From positions 312,930-376,929 of the forward strand of contig CBDBKE010000001.1 in assembly GCA_965206645.1 (NCBI GenBank): 64,000 nucleotides of DNA, read 5' to 3'. Made by a program: the position numbers and the translations under genes. Below are positions 18,274 to 28,365 of the stretch, in pieces. This stretch comes from Terriglobia bacterium (GTDB taxonomy: Bacteria > Acidobacteriota > Terriglobia > JAJPHL01 > JAPKYU01). The notes under the pieces are model-generated. The model searched no databases. It was given only the letters and a program-made list of their open reading frames with translations, and was not told the DNA's origin. Within the stretch, counting starts at the first letter, position 1, and every line of letters starts with the position of its first letter.

Positions 18274-20048
18274 ATGGAATGCGTGCCCCAGCAGCAAAGG
18301 CTTTCCTTGCGTTGGTATCTGATCCTGTTCGGCTTTTCAGTCGCGGTGGGACTCCTAGTGTTGTGGCGTTATCCGGTCATCTATGGTGGTGACCCGATTA
18401 TTCGCCTGACGAACTGGGAGCACCTGCGGCTTGCCTACCAATTACCGCTATTCCAGGTGGTGGTCCACTTGGCCACCCGCATTACCCCTGACCCTTTTTT
18501 TCTCCGCTTAGTCCTGGTGCTAGTTTCTGCGCTGGGAGCGTGCGGAATGGCGCGGTTGGCCGCTGCGCCTTTGGGGCCGAAAGCGGAATCTACGCCGGCC
18601 TGCTGTTTGCTTCCAACCACTTCCTGATCTTCCTGGGAAGCGCGCCCTACCAGGAGATGCTGGAGTTGACCCTGCTGTTTTGGGGCCTGGCTTTGATTTT
18701 CGGCCGGTCCCGGAGAGCGGTGCAGGCAGCCGGTTACCTGCTGCTGGCAGCCGCCTGCCTTACCCGCTACGAGGTGTGGTTTGCGGCCCTGGCAGCGGCG
18801 CTGGCGCGCCTGATCCAGTGCCGCCCGCGCCCTCTCGCAGCCTTGCGCCTTGCGCTCTCGTTCGCCATCGGCCCATTGGCCTGGATCATTCTTAATCATG
18901 GCCTTTCTCCAGGCGGAACCATCTTGTTCGACCCCGCTTTCCGGCCAGCGCGCTTGTGGCGGATTCCCTACCTTTTGGGCGCGTCGCTGAACCACACCAC
19001 GTCAGTGGTGGCGGTGTTGGCGCTTGCCGGATTCTGGATCTGGTGGCGGGATCCGGAGCGGAAACGGCATGCGGGGGTCGTTGAAACCTTGCTGCTAGCG
19101 ATGGTGTTTTTCTTGCTAGCGCTGCCCCTGACCGCCCACGGAATGGAGCCGGATTACGACCGCTACGTGACCAACAGCGAAGTCCATTTCCTGCTACCGT
19201 GCTGGTTTCTCATGGCGGCTGCCGGATTGCGCTGGCTTCGCGGTCGCATGCCGGCCGTATTGGCCGTGACGGCAGCCCCGGCCGTCCTGGTGTTTCTGGT
19301 GACGTTTGCCTACGAGGGCTATGCCACCAAGAGAATCCTGGACCAGTCGGTGAAGGAGGGCAATCTGCAGTTGGACTTCGCGCTGGCGCAGATGCTTTCC
19401 ACGCGTCTCGGTCCCACTCAAACGGCGCTGATTTTCGCCCGCCCCTTGCCTCCGGAGCAGACGCAGCATTTCTTGGAGTTGATCCGGCGCCGGCAGGGCG
19501 AGGCCGGAGTCCGGGCGGCCCGCCAGATGATGGCGAGCATAAACATCTGGCCGTTCGACTACGCCCGCATCTGGGTGCACGCGCCGCGGCTGCGCGAACA
19601 GCTGGTGCGGGCACAGCAGGCCGATGGTTGGGCCCCAGGCTCAGCGGCGCTGGCCATCGTTTTTGATGACTACACACCCTCGAACCCCGCCGAGCAGGCG
19701 TTGCTGGAAAGAGTGCAGGGGGTAGCCACGGCCAGCGAGCGTTACCCACCTTTGCTTCCTGAACGTGCCGGCGCCACGGTTTACTTCTTGTCACGCGGCT
19801 CTCTGCCCGCGTTGCCCTCCCTCGCATTCCCCATGCACGCTTGGGCGCCCGTTCGTTGTAGAATTCCTGCGCCATTAAGGTCAAGTTTCTATGTCGGCGT
19901 ACCGACACCGGGATCCTCTTCTTCTGTCGGTGGAGACCCCCTTGCGGGCGGTCTTTCGCCCGCTCGGGTTCCGGCTCAAGGTCGAAACCAACGACCGGCG
20001 GATTCTGGAGTGCGTCGAGTCAAGTTTCCGCATTTTTTCGCAGGCTGA
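18274..20048 (+). pseudogene. Polytopic membrane protein (GT-C/ArnT-like glycosyltransferase?), frameshift near 18570
   Basis: ORFs 18274-18627 and 18540-20048 join into one multi-TM protein; LAAACLTRYEVW motif; 3' end overlaps the next gene. Confidence 0.55.
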
Positions 20049-20900
20049 GCCTCTTGCCGGCGTGGCGCCTGAGGAAGCAGGCCTGCACATGCAGCTTGTG
20101 TGCGCGCCTTCAGATTCCAATGGGCCTCCCTGGGCGCCGGCGGCATATCGGGCCTGGGGGGACCTGTTCGCCGTGGTGTGCGGTCCGGATAATTTCATGG
20201 TGGCGGACCTGGACCGGCGGCGGGTCATGGGTTTTTTTCACCAGCGATGCTGGAAGACCGCGAGTTCTTCCGCTGGACCTTTCCTGACTGCGCCACCTAT
20301 GTGTTGCTGGTGCACCACTGGCTCACCCCGGTGCACGCCTCCTGCGTGGTGCGCGACGGATATGGCATCTGCCTGTCGGGACCAGCAGGGGCCGGCAAAA
20401 CATCGCTGGCCTACGCTTGCGCCCGCGCTGGCTATCGGCTGTTGACTGAGGATGTCGTTTATTTGAACCGTTCTGAAAACTCGGCGGCGCTTCTAGGAAA
20501 CCCCACACACCTTCACTTTCTGGTGTCGGCGCGCGAGCTGTTTCCCGAGCTCAAGCAGGCCCAGGTCACTATGAGTCGTGACCGCCAGGAGTGCCTGGCG
20601 ATGCGCACCGAGGAGTGGCTGCCGGGGCGTGCGGTGACCGAGGCCAAACCCGGCGTGGTGGTTTTTCTCGAGCGCAGTGACGGCGCCGCGCCGGTCCTGG
20701 AAACAGTGCCTGCTGCCGAGGCACGCCGACTGCTGTTCGAGGCGCTGGTTCGGCTGGATGACGAGCAAACCATGGTGGCACACGGCCAAGCGCTCCGGCG
20801 TTTTGTCGAAGCCGGCGCCTACCGGCTCCGCTACTCCAATTGGGACCAGGCTCTCGAACAATTGGCCAGCCTGCCTTTGCCAAACAGAACTGCGAAATGA
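19891..20900 (+). pseudogene. HPr kinase-related (HprK-like) kinase, frameshifted at a T7 run (20232-20238)
   Basis: VHASCV, Walker A GPAGAGKTS and LLTEDVV motifs; one extra T fuses ORFs 19891-20445 and 20247-20900. Confidence 0.75.
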
Positions 20901-21118
20901 TTCCCGGGTCACTGAGCACTGTCGTCTGGATTGGGTTGTTCTTGTTCGCCTGGGTGTCCCCCGTGCGAGACCAAGTGGCTTCGGCCACCATTACCTGTGT
21001 GGTCTAGGGCCCGTCGGGAATGCCGGTCCCAGAAGCGCTGGTGAGGGCGCAGTCGCTCAACCTCGCTTTCGAGCGTTCGCAGCAGAGCGCGATCCGCGGC
21101 GCATCCAGATGGCGCTGA
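20897..21118 (+). pseudogene. N-terminal remnant of an exported protein (carboxypeptidase-regulatory-like domain, as in TonB-dependent receptors)
   Basis: MIPGSLSTVVWIGLFLFAWVSPVRDQVASATITCVV*GPSGMPVPEALVRAQS, with an in-frame TAG. Confidence 0.45.
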
Positions 21119-21164
21119 AGCTGAATCTGTAAGATTTCAGGAAGCGCGAGCGCCTGAAGCCACA

Positions 21165-22394
21165 ATGAAGCCCGCGGAGTTGGCAACGACGTGCCTTTCT
21201 TTTGATCCGCCGACAGCACATCGGGCGCTCGGCGAGTGGGCCGCCGGTGACGAAGCGCAGCGTCGCAGGCTGCTCGCCTTTGCCGACCGGGCCGGTCTGA
21301 CCCTGCACCTTCGGCGGGTGGCCCAAGACGCAGGGGTGGAGCTGCCTCCATCGGACCGGGCCGGCTGCGAGGAACGCCTGCGAAAAAACAGGCTGCGTTT
21401 GCAGAAGCACAGGGAGGAGACCGCCGCGCTGCTGACCCTGTTCCGCAGCGCCGGACTGCGCGCTGCCGTTCTCCGAGGGTGCACTCTGGAGCCCGACTTT
21501 GTGCCCGCGGCCCACGACCGGGTCCAATACGACCTGGATTTCTACCTCTCCCCCGACCACGCCCGGACGGCGTTTGCCCTGCTGCAGGCGCGCGGCTATG
21601 AGTCCCTGGTCGGCCGTGATGGTGGGCCCCTCGACCACCTGCCCGCGCTGGCCCGCAAGACCGGCTGGGAATGGCGCGGCGATTTTTTCGACCTCGACAT
21701 CCCGCTGCGGATCGACCTGCACTTCCAGTTGTGGGACTCCGGCTTCGAATGCATTCCGGTTCAGTTCCATCCAGAGCCACTGACGCGCCTGACCGAGCGG
21801 CACGGGATTCCCATGCTGGACGGCTGCGATCAGCTTGCTTCGTGCGCGTTACACACGCTGCGGCACCTGTTCCGGGGCAGCCTACGCGTGTCGCACTTGT
21901 ACGAAATCGCGCATTTCCTCGACACGCACGCTTCTGCCAGCGAGTTTTGGCGCCAATGGCGCGAGACGCCCAACCCATCCCTGCGCCGCCTTTGCGCCGC
22001 CACTTTCGCTTTGGCTTCCCGGGTGTTTCAGTGCCGCCTGGCTCCCGAGCTTGAGCCCGAGATGGCGCTGCTGCCACCGCGGGCCAGTGCTTGGGTGACG
22101 CAGTTTTCCAGCACGGTGGTCGAACAGCAGCGTTCCCGCAAGGCGGAGGTGTTGCTGCAACTGAGCTTCATTGCAGGATGGCGCCGCCGGCTGCGGGTGC
22201 TGCGGCGGCGCTTGCTGCCGCTGTCGCTGCCCGATCCTGTTGATGCGGTCTACCTGCCAGCCGAACGGCTCTCTGCGGCACGTCGTCTTCTGCGGACCAC
22301 GCGCCAGGCTCGCTTTGTTCTGTCTCGCGTATTCTTTCACTTGCGGGCCCTTCCGGGCTTCTTGCGGGCTGTGGGGGCTTGGTGGTTGCGGTGA
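21165..22394 (+). CDS. Nucleotidyltransferase family protein (NTP_transf_5-like)
   Basis: AVLRG...RVQYDLDFYL...LQARGY...IDLHFQLW motifs. Confidence 0.8.
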   Translation: MKPAELATTCLSFDPPTAHRALGEWAAGDEAQRRRLLAFADRAGLTLHLRRVAQDAGVELPPSDRAGCEERLRKNRLRLQKHREETAALLTLFRSAGLRAAVLRGCTLEPDFVPAAHDRVQYDLDFYLSPDHARTAFALLQARGYESLVGRDGGPLDHLPALARKTGWEWRGDFFDLDIPLRIDLHFQLWDSGFECIPVQFHPEPLTRLTERHGIPMLDGCDQLASCALHTLRHLFRGSLRVSHLYEIAHFLDTHASASEFWRQWRETPNPSLRRLCAATFALASRVFQCRLAPELEPEMALLPPRASAWVTQFSSTVVEQQRSRKAEVLLQLSFIAGWRRRLRVLRRRLLPLSLPDPVDAVYLPAERLSAARRLLRTTRQARFVLSRVFFHLRALPGFLRAVGAWWLR

Positions 22395-22594
22395 ACCGCG
22401 ATCTGGGAATTTACTTCGGCGGGGTCGTGCTGGTTTCCCTGGGCATGTTCGTACACGGGGCGCTGTTTGTTGTGCTGGGCGTCACGGGCGTGGCGGCCGC
22501 TGCGCTATTTGCCGCGTTATTTTCTCCAGCATTTCTGCGCGAAAGCGCTCCACTTGCCAGCGACGCTGGTAGCTCTCCCGCCCGCCGCGAATAA
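22391..22594 (+). CDS. Small two-TM membrane protein
   Basis: Coupled (GTGA) to the upstream gene; two hydrophobic helices; 3' end overlaps the convergent glycosyltransferase. Confidence 0.4.
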   Translation: MNRDLGIYFGGVVLVSLGMFVHGALFVVLGVTGVAAAALFAALFSPAFLRESAPLASDAGSSPARRE

Positions 22595-23636
22595 GCTTTT
22601 CCCGGAGCGATTGGTCGCCCAAGAGCTGAACCAGCGTCCGTGCCAGCTCGTCGGCATTGCCGCGGTGGAACAGCAGGCCGTTGGCCCCCGGCTCAACCAC
22701 TTCCGGGATGCCGCCGGCGTCGGAGGCTACCACTGCAATGCCGCCCCCGAACGCTTCCAGGATCACCCGCCCCAGGGCCTCTCGATGCGAGGCAACCGCC
22801 AGCACGTCGAGGCCGGCCAGGGCGTCCGTGGGGGAGGGGAGTGGCCCGGGAAATTCCACCCGTCTGGCTCCCAACGTCTTTGCCCGCTGGTAAAGCCGGC
22901 GGGCGTATGCTTCATCGGCCACAGCCCCCACCAGCCGAAACCGTGCTTCCGGAAAGGCCTGCAACACTGCGGGCGCGGCGCGCAGCAGATCAAGCTGGCC
23001 CTTGTCGGGATGAAGCGCACCGATGATTCCGATGATCGGCCGATGTAAAGGAGCCATAGCTGAGCTCCGTTGAGCTTGCTGGCTGGGGAGTTTCACTAGA
23101 GGAACGCCGTTGTAGACGACCTCAGCGCTTCGCCGAATCAGGCTGCGGCGCGGGAACGGACGCAGGCACGCGTGACTGCAAGCCACCACCGCCGGGCGGG
23201 CCAGGCGAGCCGCCGCCTGTACCAGGCTGCGCTCGCGAGCCGATGCCAGTTCCAGATGCAGGTGCCAGAGCAGATGAAGGTCCGAGCGGCGGGCGACCAC
23301 CGCCGTGGCGGGAAACAAACGCGGCCCGTTGGCGTAAAGCAGGGCCGCCCGCAGCACGTGCGCCAATTGCGTGAGGCGCGTGACCAATACCGGCTGGCGC
23401 AGCGCATAGCGCAGCATGTCGGCTGGCGACTTGGCTCCCGAGCGGTAATGTCCCAGCACCAGCGGCTCCCAGCGAATCCGCAGGCGCTCCAGTTCGGCGG
23501 TGAGCGGCCCAGGGCCGGGCAGCGCCACCACCGGAGTGTAAGACTCGGCCAGTGCCGGGAGCAGGTCCAGCAGGGAACGCTGGGCGCCACCCAATTCCGA
23601 AAACTGGTCCGCGATTAGAATCGTTGGACGGCTCAT
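22482..23636 (-). CDS. Glycosyltransferase family 4
   Basis: LGGAQRSLLDL, VVYNGV, DKGQLDLL and REALGRVILEAFGGG motifs. Confidence 0.88.
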   Translation of the reverse strand: MSRPTILIADQFSELGGAQRSLLDLLPALAESYTPVVALPGPGPLTAELERLRIRWEPLVLGHYRSGAKSPADMLRYALRQPVLVTRLTQLAHVLRAALLYANGPRLFPATAVVARRSDLHLLWHLHLELASARERSLVQAAARLARPAVVACSHACLRPFPRRSLIRRSAEVVYNGVPLVKLPSQQAQRSSAMAPLHRPIIGIIGALHPDKGQLDLLRAAPAVLQAFPEARFRLVGAVADEAYARRLYQRAKTLGARRVEFPGPLPSPTDALAGLDVLAVASHREALGRVILEAFGGGIAVVASDAGGIPEVVEPGANGLLFHRGNADELARTLVQLLGDQSLREKLIRGGRESYQRRWQVERFRAEMLEKITRQIAQRPPRP

Positions 23637-25011
23637 CGCTGGCTCGGCCCGCCCTCCGCTAGCGTGCGGCTGCGCCGTATGGCTGCGCCCAGAATGGCAA
23701 AGTACACGGGGGTGACCCGCCAGTAGGTGAGGGTGTCGCCGGAGAGCATCTGCACCATCTGACCGCACCAGAAAGCAAATAGGAAGCAGCCGAGTGCCGA
23801 CACGGCGGCCTCGCTGTGACGGCCCAGGCGGTAGGCGTGCGCCAGTAGCGCTCCGCATAGCAACAACAGAGCCAACAGGCCGGGGAGGCCGGTCTCTACC
23901 AGCAAGCTGAGGTACATATTGTCGGCCACGATGTCCCGCCCGAGGTACGCGGTGTAGGGAAGCGATTTGTAGCCGATACCCAACAACAGATGTTGCGGGT
24001 TCTCCGCGAGGAAGCCGGCGAGGAAGTGCCACGAGTCCAAGCGGAAGGAGAACACGCGGTTAGGATCGTCGAGCAGTTGCGAGAATGTGAAGGCTACTCG
24101 GTAGCCGTAGCGAAGCGCCATCTCAGGCGCAAGCAAGATCACCGCGAGTGCCGCAGCGACCGACAGCATCACCATCCTGAGCACGGGGCGGAGGCGCCAC
24201 AGCACATTTCGGCGCAGCCAAGCCAGCACCAGCAGCGCGACCAGAAGGTTGGCCATGGAAGCGCGCGAGAAGGAAAGCAGCAGCGCGGCCGCCAACACAG
24301 GCACCGGCAACCAGAGGAGCCAGCTTGGAAGACGGAGCTGGCGGCGCGCCTCCCGATCCAAGGCCGCAATCAGCGCCAACACCATGGCGCAGAAATTTCC
24401 CGGCGTGCTGGCGTCATAGAAGACGCCCTGCGCCCGCCGGTAGTGGCCTTCCGGCATGTAAATGTACTAGGCAGAGAAGCGCACCGGAGTGGGGAACTTG
24501 TAGAAAAATCCACCACGGCGAAGGCTGCCGACAGCAACGCCACTACCAGCACAACTTTTATCAGCAGCGCGGCGAAGTTTCCGGAACTTCCGGAGCCATC
24601 TGCTCCGGCGCGCGATGCCGGGCCCCAGGCGGTCCAGGCCAGCAGAACGAAACTCTGGCAGAGCAGTAGCCAGCGGAGTGCGGATTGCGCTCCTACCGCG
24701 GTCCCGGAGTAAAGAAATGCGAGGGGGAGTGACGCCAGCAGGACGCCGAGAAACGCGCACCAGGCCAGGACCAGCGAGCTGCGTTCCAGGTGCCATTCGG
24801 GCAGGCGTACCCAGCCGACCAGCAGCGCAGCCGCGACCACTGCAACCGCCGGATGCACCGGCAATTCCAGCCCGGCCACCGTGACTGGAAATGGCGGAGC
24901 CACCAGCGCAAGAGCAATCCAGACGGGAATCCAGGCGAGAGGGTGGCTGAGCAGGAAAGCCAGGGCTGCGGCGACCACCGGAACAATCAGCAACGCAGCC
25001 GTTGCCGGCAC
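23633..25011 (-). pseudogene. O-antigen ligase/Wzy-like polymerase, frameshift (A5 at 24504-24508) plus in-frame TAG (24467-24469)
   Basis: RAQGVFYD, LLSFSRAS, LLGIGY and ADNMYLSLLVETG motifs split over ORFs 24370-25011, 24467-24796 and 23633-24457. Confidence 0.8.
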
Positions 25012-25169
25012 GTCGCGTATCAGAGCGGCCGCTCCGGCAGAGGCTGCAATCAGCGCCAGTGGCCAGCGACGCGCCTAAGGGAACGGGAAACTAAACTGAT
25101 GCATCACAATTTGGATATCTTGCGACTTAAGTCCGGAGATTAATCCTAGGATTCCGCCAATTGTGAGGA

Positions 25170-26318
25170 TTATGCCCTACGTGGCTCCGGCTCTGCGTAA
25201 TTTGCGGATTCGTGTTCAGGCATTTTTGTCACTTTCGTTAGAAACAGCCACAATGCGCTTTCAAAACGGAGCCGGGAAAATTGCAGGCTGTTCCTGCGAG
25301 CAGCATCTGCGTCGAAGTCCAAATTTTCTAGCGCGGCAACAGCGGCCGCCAGCGAACTTTCCGTTTGCTCGGAAAAGAACATGCCGCTTCGGCCGGGCAG
25401 GATCGTCTCCAGCGCGCCCCCGTGCCCGTAAGCCACGACCGGCTTGCCGCAGGCCTGTGCCTCCAGCGGAACGATGCCAAAATCCTCCAGCCCAGGGAAG
25501 AGCAGGGCACGACAGCCGCGATAGAGTTCGCGCAGGCACTCATCGCTGACCCAGCCGGTGAACTTCACGTTCGGACCGGCGATGCGGCGCAAGGCGCGGG
25601 CTTGTGAGCCGCTGCCGGCCACGACCAGCCGCTTTCCCAGCCGGTTCATCGCGCGGATCGCCAGATCCACGCGCTTGTAAGGCTCCAGTGCCGCAACCAC
25701 CAAAAAAGAGCCGCCAGTCGAAGTTGGGTTGCCCGGGCCCGGCGTGAAAAAGTCCGTATCCACCGGGGGATGCAGCACAATCGAGTGGCGCCCGTAGAGT
25801 TTCCAAATTCGTTGCCGCACGTTTTCCGAATTGGCCAAAAACTGCGTGACCCCGTGGCTGGAACGCAAATCCCACTTGCGCAGGTTCCCCTGCCAGGCAC
25901 CCAGAAGCAGCTTGCGCAGGCGGCGTAGCGGCCCGAACTGAAAGTAGTCTGCCGAGGTGTCCCAGAGGTAGCGCATTGGCGTGTGGCAGTAGCAGAGGTG
26001 GGGAACGCCGGCCGGGACACGCACCCCCTTGGCGACGGCATGGCTGCTGCTGAGCACCAAGTCGTAACGCCGCAGATCGAAGCCTTCCACCGCCGCCGGC
26101 GCCAGCGGCAGCAGGTAGCGATAGTAACGCCCGACACCTGGCAGCCGGTTCAGCCAGGAAACGATGACCTGGTGGCCGGCCACCAACTGGCCCACTTTTT
26201 CCGGGAGATAGAACAGCGTGAACAGGTCGGCGCCGGGCAGGAGGCGGCAGAACGACTCCAGCACCTTCTCGCCGCCCCGCCTACCGGTCAGCCAGTCGTG
26301 GACGATGGCCACTTTCAT
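25170..26318 (-). CDS. Glycosyltransferase family 4 (mannosyltransferase-like)
   Basis: MKVAIVHDWLTGRRGGEKVL, YCHTPMRY and EDFGIVPLEAQACG motifs. Confidence 0.92.
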   Translation of the reverse strand: MKVAIVHDWLTGRRGGEKVLESFCRLLPGADLFTLFYLPEKVGQLVAGHQVIVSWLNRLPGVGRYYRYLLPLAPAAVEGFDLRRYDLVLSSSHAVAKGVRVPAGVPHLCYCHTPMRYLWDTSADYFQFGPLRRLRKLLLGAWQGNLRKWDLRSSHGVTQFLANSENVRQRIWKLYGRHSIVLHPPVDTDFFTPGPGNPTSTGGSFLVVAALEPYKRVDLAIRAMNRLGKRLVVAGSGSQARALRRIAGPNVKFTGWVSDECLRELYRGCRALLFPGLEDFGIVPLEAQACGKPVVAYGHGGALETILPGRSGMFFSEQTESSLAAAVAALENLDFDADAARRNSLQFSRLRFESALWLFLTKVTKMPEHESANYAEPEPRRA

Positions 26319-26326
26319 GACCACCT

Positions 26327-27247
26327 TCAGGGAACGCCAACGTGCGTATGGTTTTCTTGGGAGGACCTGACCCGAACTTCGCCGGCGTCCCGCTCCAGAG
26401 CCCAGTTCCACACCCAGGTCTCGTAGAGAAGGCTGCCCAGAAACCCCAGCAATGCCGCCAGCAGGACATTCAATCCCAGGCGCGGGCGGATGGGCCGGGA
26501 AGCAACGATCCCCGAGTCGGCGAGGAGCAGTTCTTCCTGGCGGGCGGCCATGTCGAGCTCGGCTTGGCCGGCGCGCTCGCTGTAGGATGCCACGGCTCTC
26601 TCCGCCAACTCGTAGTTGAGTTCCAGCTCCTTGAGGCGCAACTTGAGAGGAGCCACATCGACGCGGCTGGTGCGCTGGAATTTTTCCAGCGCCTCTTGCG
26701 TTTCGCCCAACCGGGCGAGGAGCCGTTCCTGCTCTTTTTCAAACTGCTGCGCCGCCCGTTGCGCTTCCGCCGAGTTCATTGCTGCATTCGACTGGACAGC
26801 CAGGCGTGCCAAGCTGAGAGCAACTTCGTGCGCCTTCTGTGGATTCGAGAGACGAACGCGCACCTTCAGAATCTTCGTGTTTTCCAGCAGGGTGACGTTC
26901 AACGCCGAGCCGCGGAAGTTGGCAACAGTGTAGCCGTAGGGGGGCTGGTCCAGCTTAGTCTGGCGAATCAGGCGGTCCAGCAATCCGTCACTCTGCAGAA
27001 CATGCTCATAGCTCCGCAAGTATTCCAGGTAGGTGCGGTTTACGAAGGCGGAGAAGCGCGCCTCGCTGCCAGCCCGCTGGATGATTGCAGGTTGGATCAC
27101 CAGCGTGACGGTCGCCTCGTACGTTTTCGGCAACAGCAGGCTCACGGCCAGGGCGACGGCTGAGGCCACTGCAACCACCAGCGCCATGCGCCTCCAGCGG
27201 CCCAGCATAGCCCGCAGGTAGAGCATCAGTTCAAAAGGAGCGGGCAT
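26327..27247 (-). CDS. Wzz/GumC-type polysaccharide chain-length determinant
   Basis: N- and C-terminal TM helices, LLPKTYEATVTL, coiled coil, RPIRPR. Confidence 0.8.
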   Translation of the reverse strand: MPAPFELMLYLRAMLGRWRRMALVVAVASAVALAVSLLLPKTYEATVTLVIQPAIIQRAGSEARFSAFVNRTYLEYLRSYEHVLQSDGLLDRLIRQTKLDQPPYGYTVANFRGSALNVTLLENTKILKVRVRLSNPQKAHEVALSLARLAVQSNAAMNSAEAQRAAQQFEKEQERLLARLGETQEALEKFQRTSRVDVAPLKLRLKELELNYELAERAVASYSERAGQAELDMAARQEELLLADSGIVASRPIRPRLGLNVLLAALLGFLGSLLYETWVWNWALERDAGEVRVRSSQENHTHVGVP

Positions 27248-27358
27248 GATCACGGACCTCGGGAATCGCCTCGGGAGGTCTGGTGGCCGAAGGCAAGGTT
27301 GGCGCCACGGTCGCAGCGCGCCGCCGCAGCGCACGCAGGGGCGTTCGCAGCAGAATTT

Positions 27359-28273
27359 TTAAGCCAAACCCAGCGACCAGTTCCGCAAATAGTACAGGTC
27401 GTACTCCAGCCGCCGCGAAATGTCGCTGGCGCCAGTGAGCCCGTGAATCTGGGCCCATCCCGTGATCCCCGGTTTCAGCCGCTGGCGCAGCGAGTAGCTT
27501 TCCAGAGCCTGACCGAAGCCCTCGGCAAAATGAGGGCGCTCAGGGCGCGGCCCAACCACGCTCATCTCGCCGCGCAGCACGTTCCAACACTGCGGCCATT
27601 CATCCAGGCCCAGGCGACGCAGGACTCGTCCCAGGGAGCCGGCTTCGGGCGGAGCAGTGTCGCTCCAGCGATGCTCGCTCATGTCCGGCGGTCCTACCGG
27701 CAGGGTCCGGAACTTGTACAGGGTGAACGACCGACCGTTCCAGCCGATTCGTTCCTGCGCAAAAAGCGCCGGCCCGGGAGAGGAAGCTTTGATCGCCAGC
27801 GCAATCGCGGCAGCCAGCGGGGCGCCCAGAACCAGGGCAGCTGAGGCGATCATGATGTCCAGCGCCCGTTTGACCACTGCGCAGGAAAAACGCCTGCCGG
27901 GGAACAAACCCACATCCACCAGCAACAGGTCTTCCTTGCGACGCACCGCTGCAGCGCCGGGCAACTCCAGCGCCACCCGAACGGGAACCGGCAGGGCCTG
28001 CAAGGCTTCTAGTACCGTGGGCAGGCAGGAAATCTCTTCGGCCGAAGGCGCCACCAGGATCTCGTCCCAGCAGCCCGTATTGCGCAGGGCGCGGATCTCC
28101 TGATCCTGGTCTGCGCGCAGGAATTCCACCTGTGCCCGAGCGGGGAGCAGTTGCAAAATGCATGGGTGGCTCCCAATGACAACCACCTGAGTCGGCTGGC
28201 GCCACACAATTCGCTGGCACAGGCGCGTCAGGTAAAAGGCCGAAGCAAGGGAATGTAGACGCCGTAGAAGCAT
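27359..28273 (-). CDS. Priming sugar-phosphate transferase (WcaJ/WbaP C-terminal domain), N-terminus reduced
   Basis: KRALDI, YKFRT, LDEWPQ, GEMSVVGPRPE and KPGITGWAQI motifs. Confidence 0.85.
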   Translation of the reverse strand: MLLRRLHSLASAFYLTRLCQRIVWRQPTQVVVIGSHPCILQLLPARAQVEFLRADQDQEIRALRNTGCWDEILVAPSAEEISCLPTVLEALQALPVPVRVALELPGAAAVRRKEDLLLVDVGLFPGRRFSCAVVKRALDIMIASAALVLGAPLAAAIALAIKASSPGPALFAQERIGWNGRSFTLYKFRTLPVGPPDMSEHRWSDTAPPEAGSLGRVLRRLGLDEWPQCWNVLRGEMSVVGPRPERPHFAEGFGQALESYSLRQRLKPGITGWAQIHGLTGASDISRRLEYDLYYLRNWSLGLA

Positions 28274-28365
28274 GGTGCCGGACCGGAAGCGGTCACGAAT
28301 TACTTGACCAGAAGACGCGAACCACAATATACCGGCAAGGGCGGCAAATCAACGGGTTGTTGATC

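Noticed and set aside
19891-22594. Lasso peptide biosynthetic cluster
   Set aside because: No asparagine-synthetase-like cyclase, B1/B2 proteins or recognisable precursor is present.
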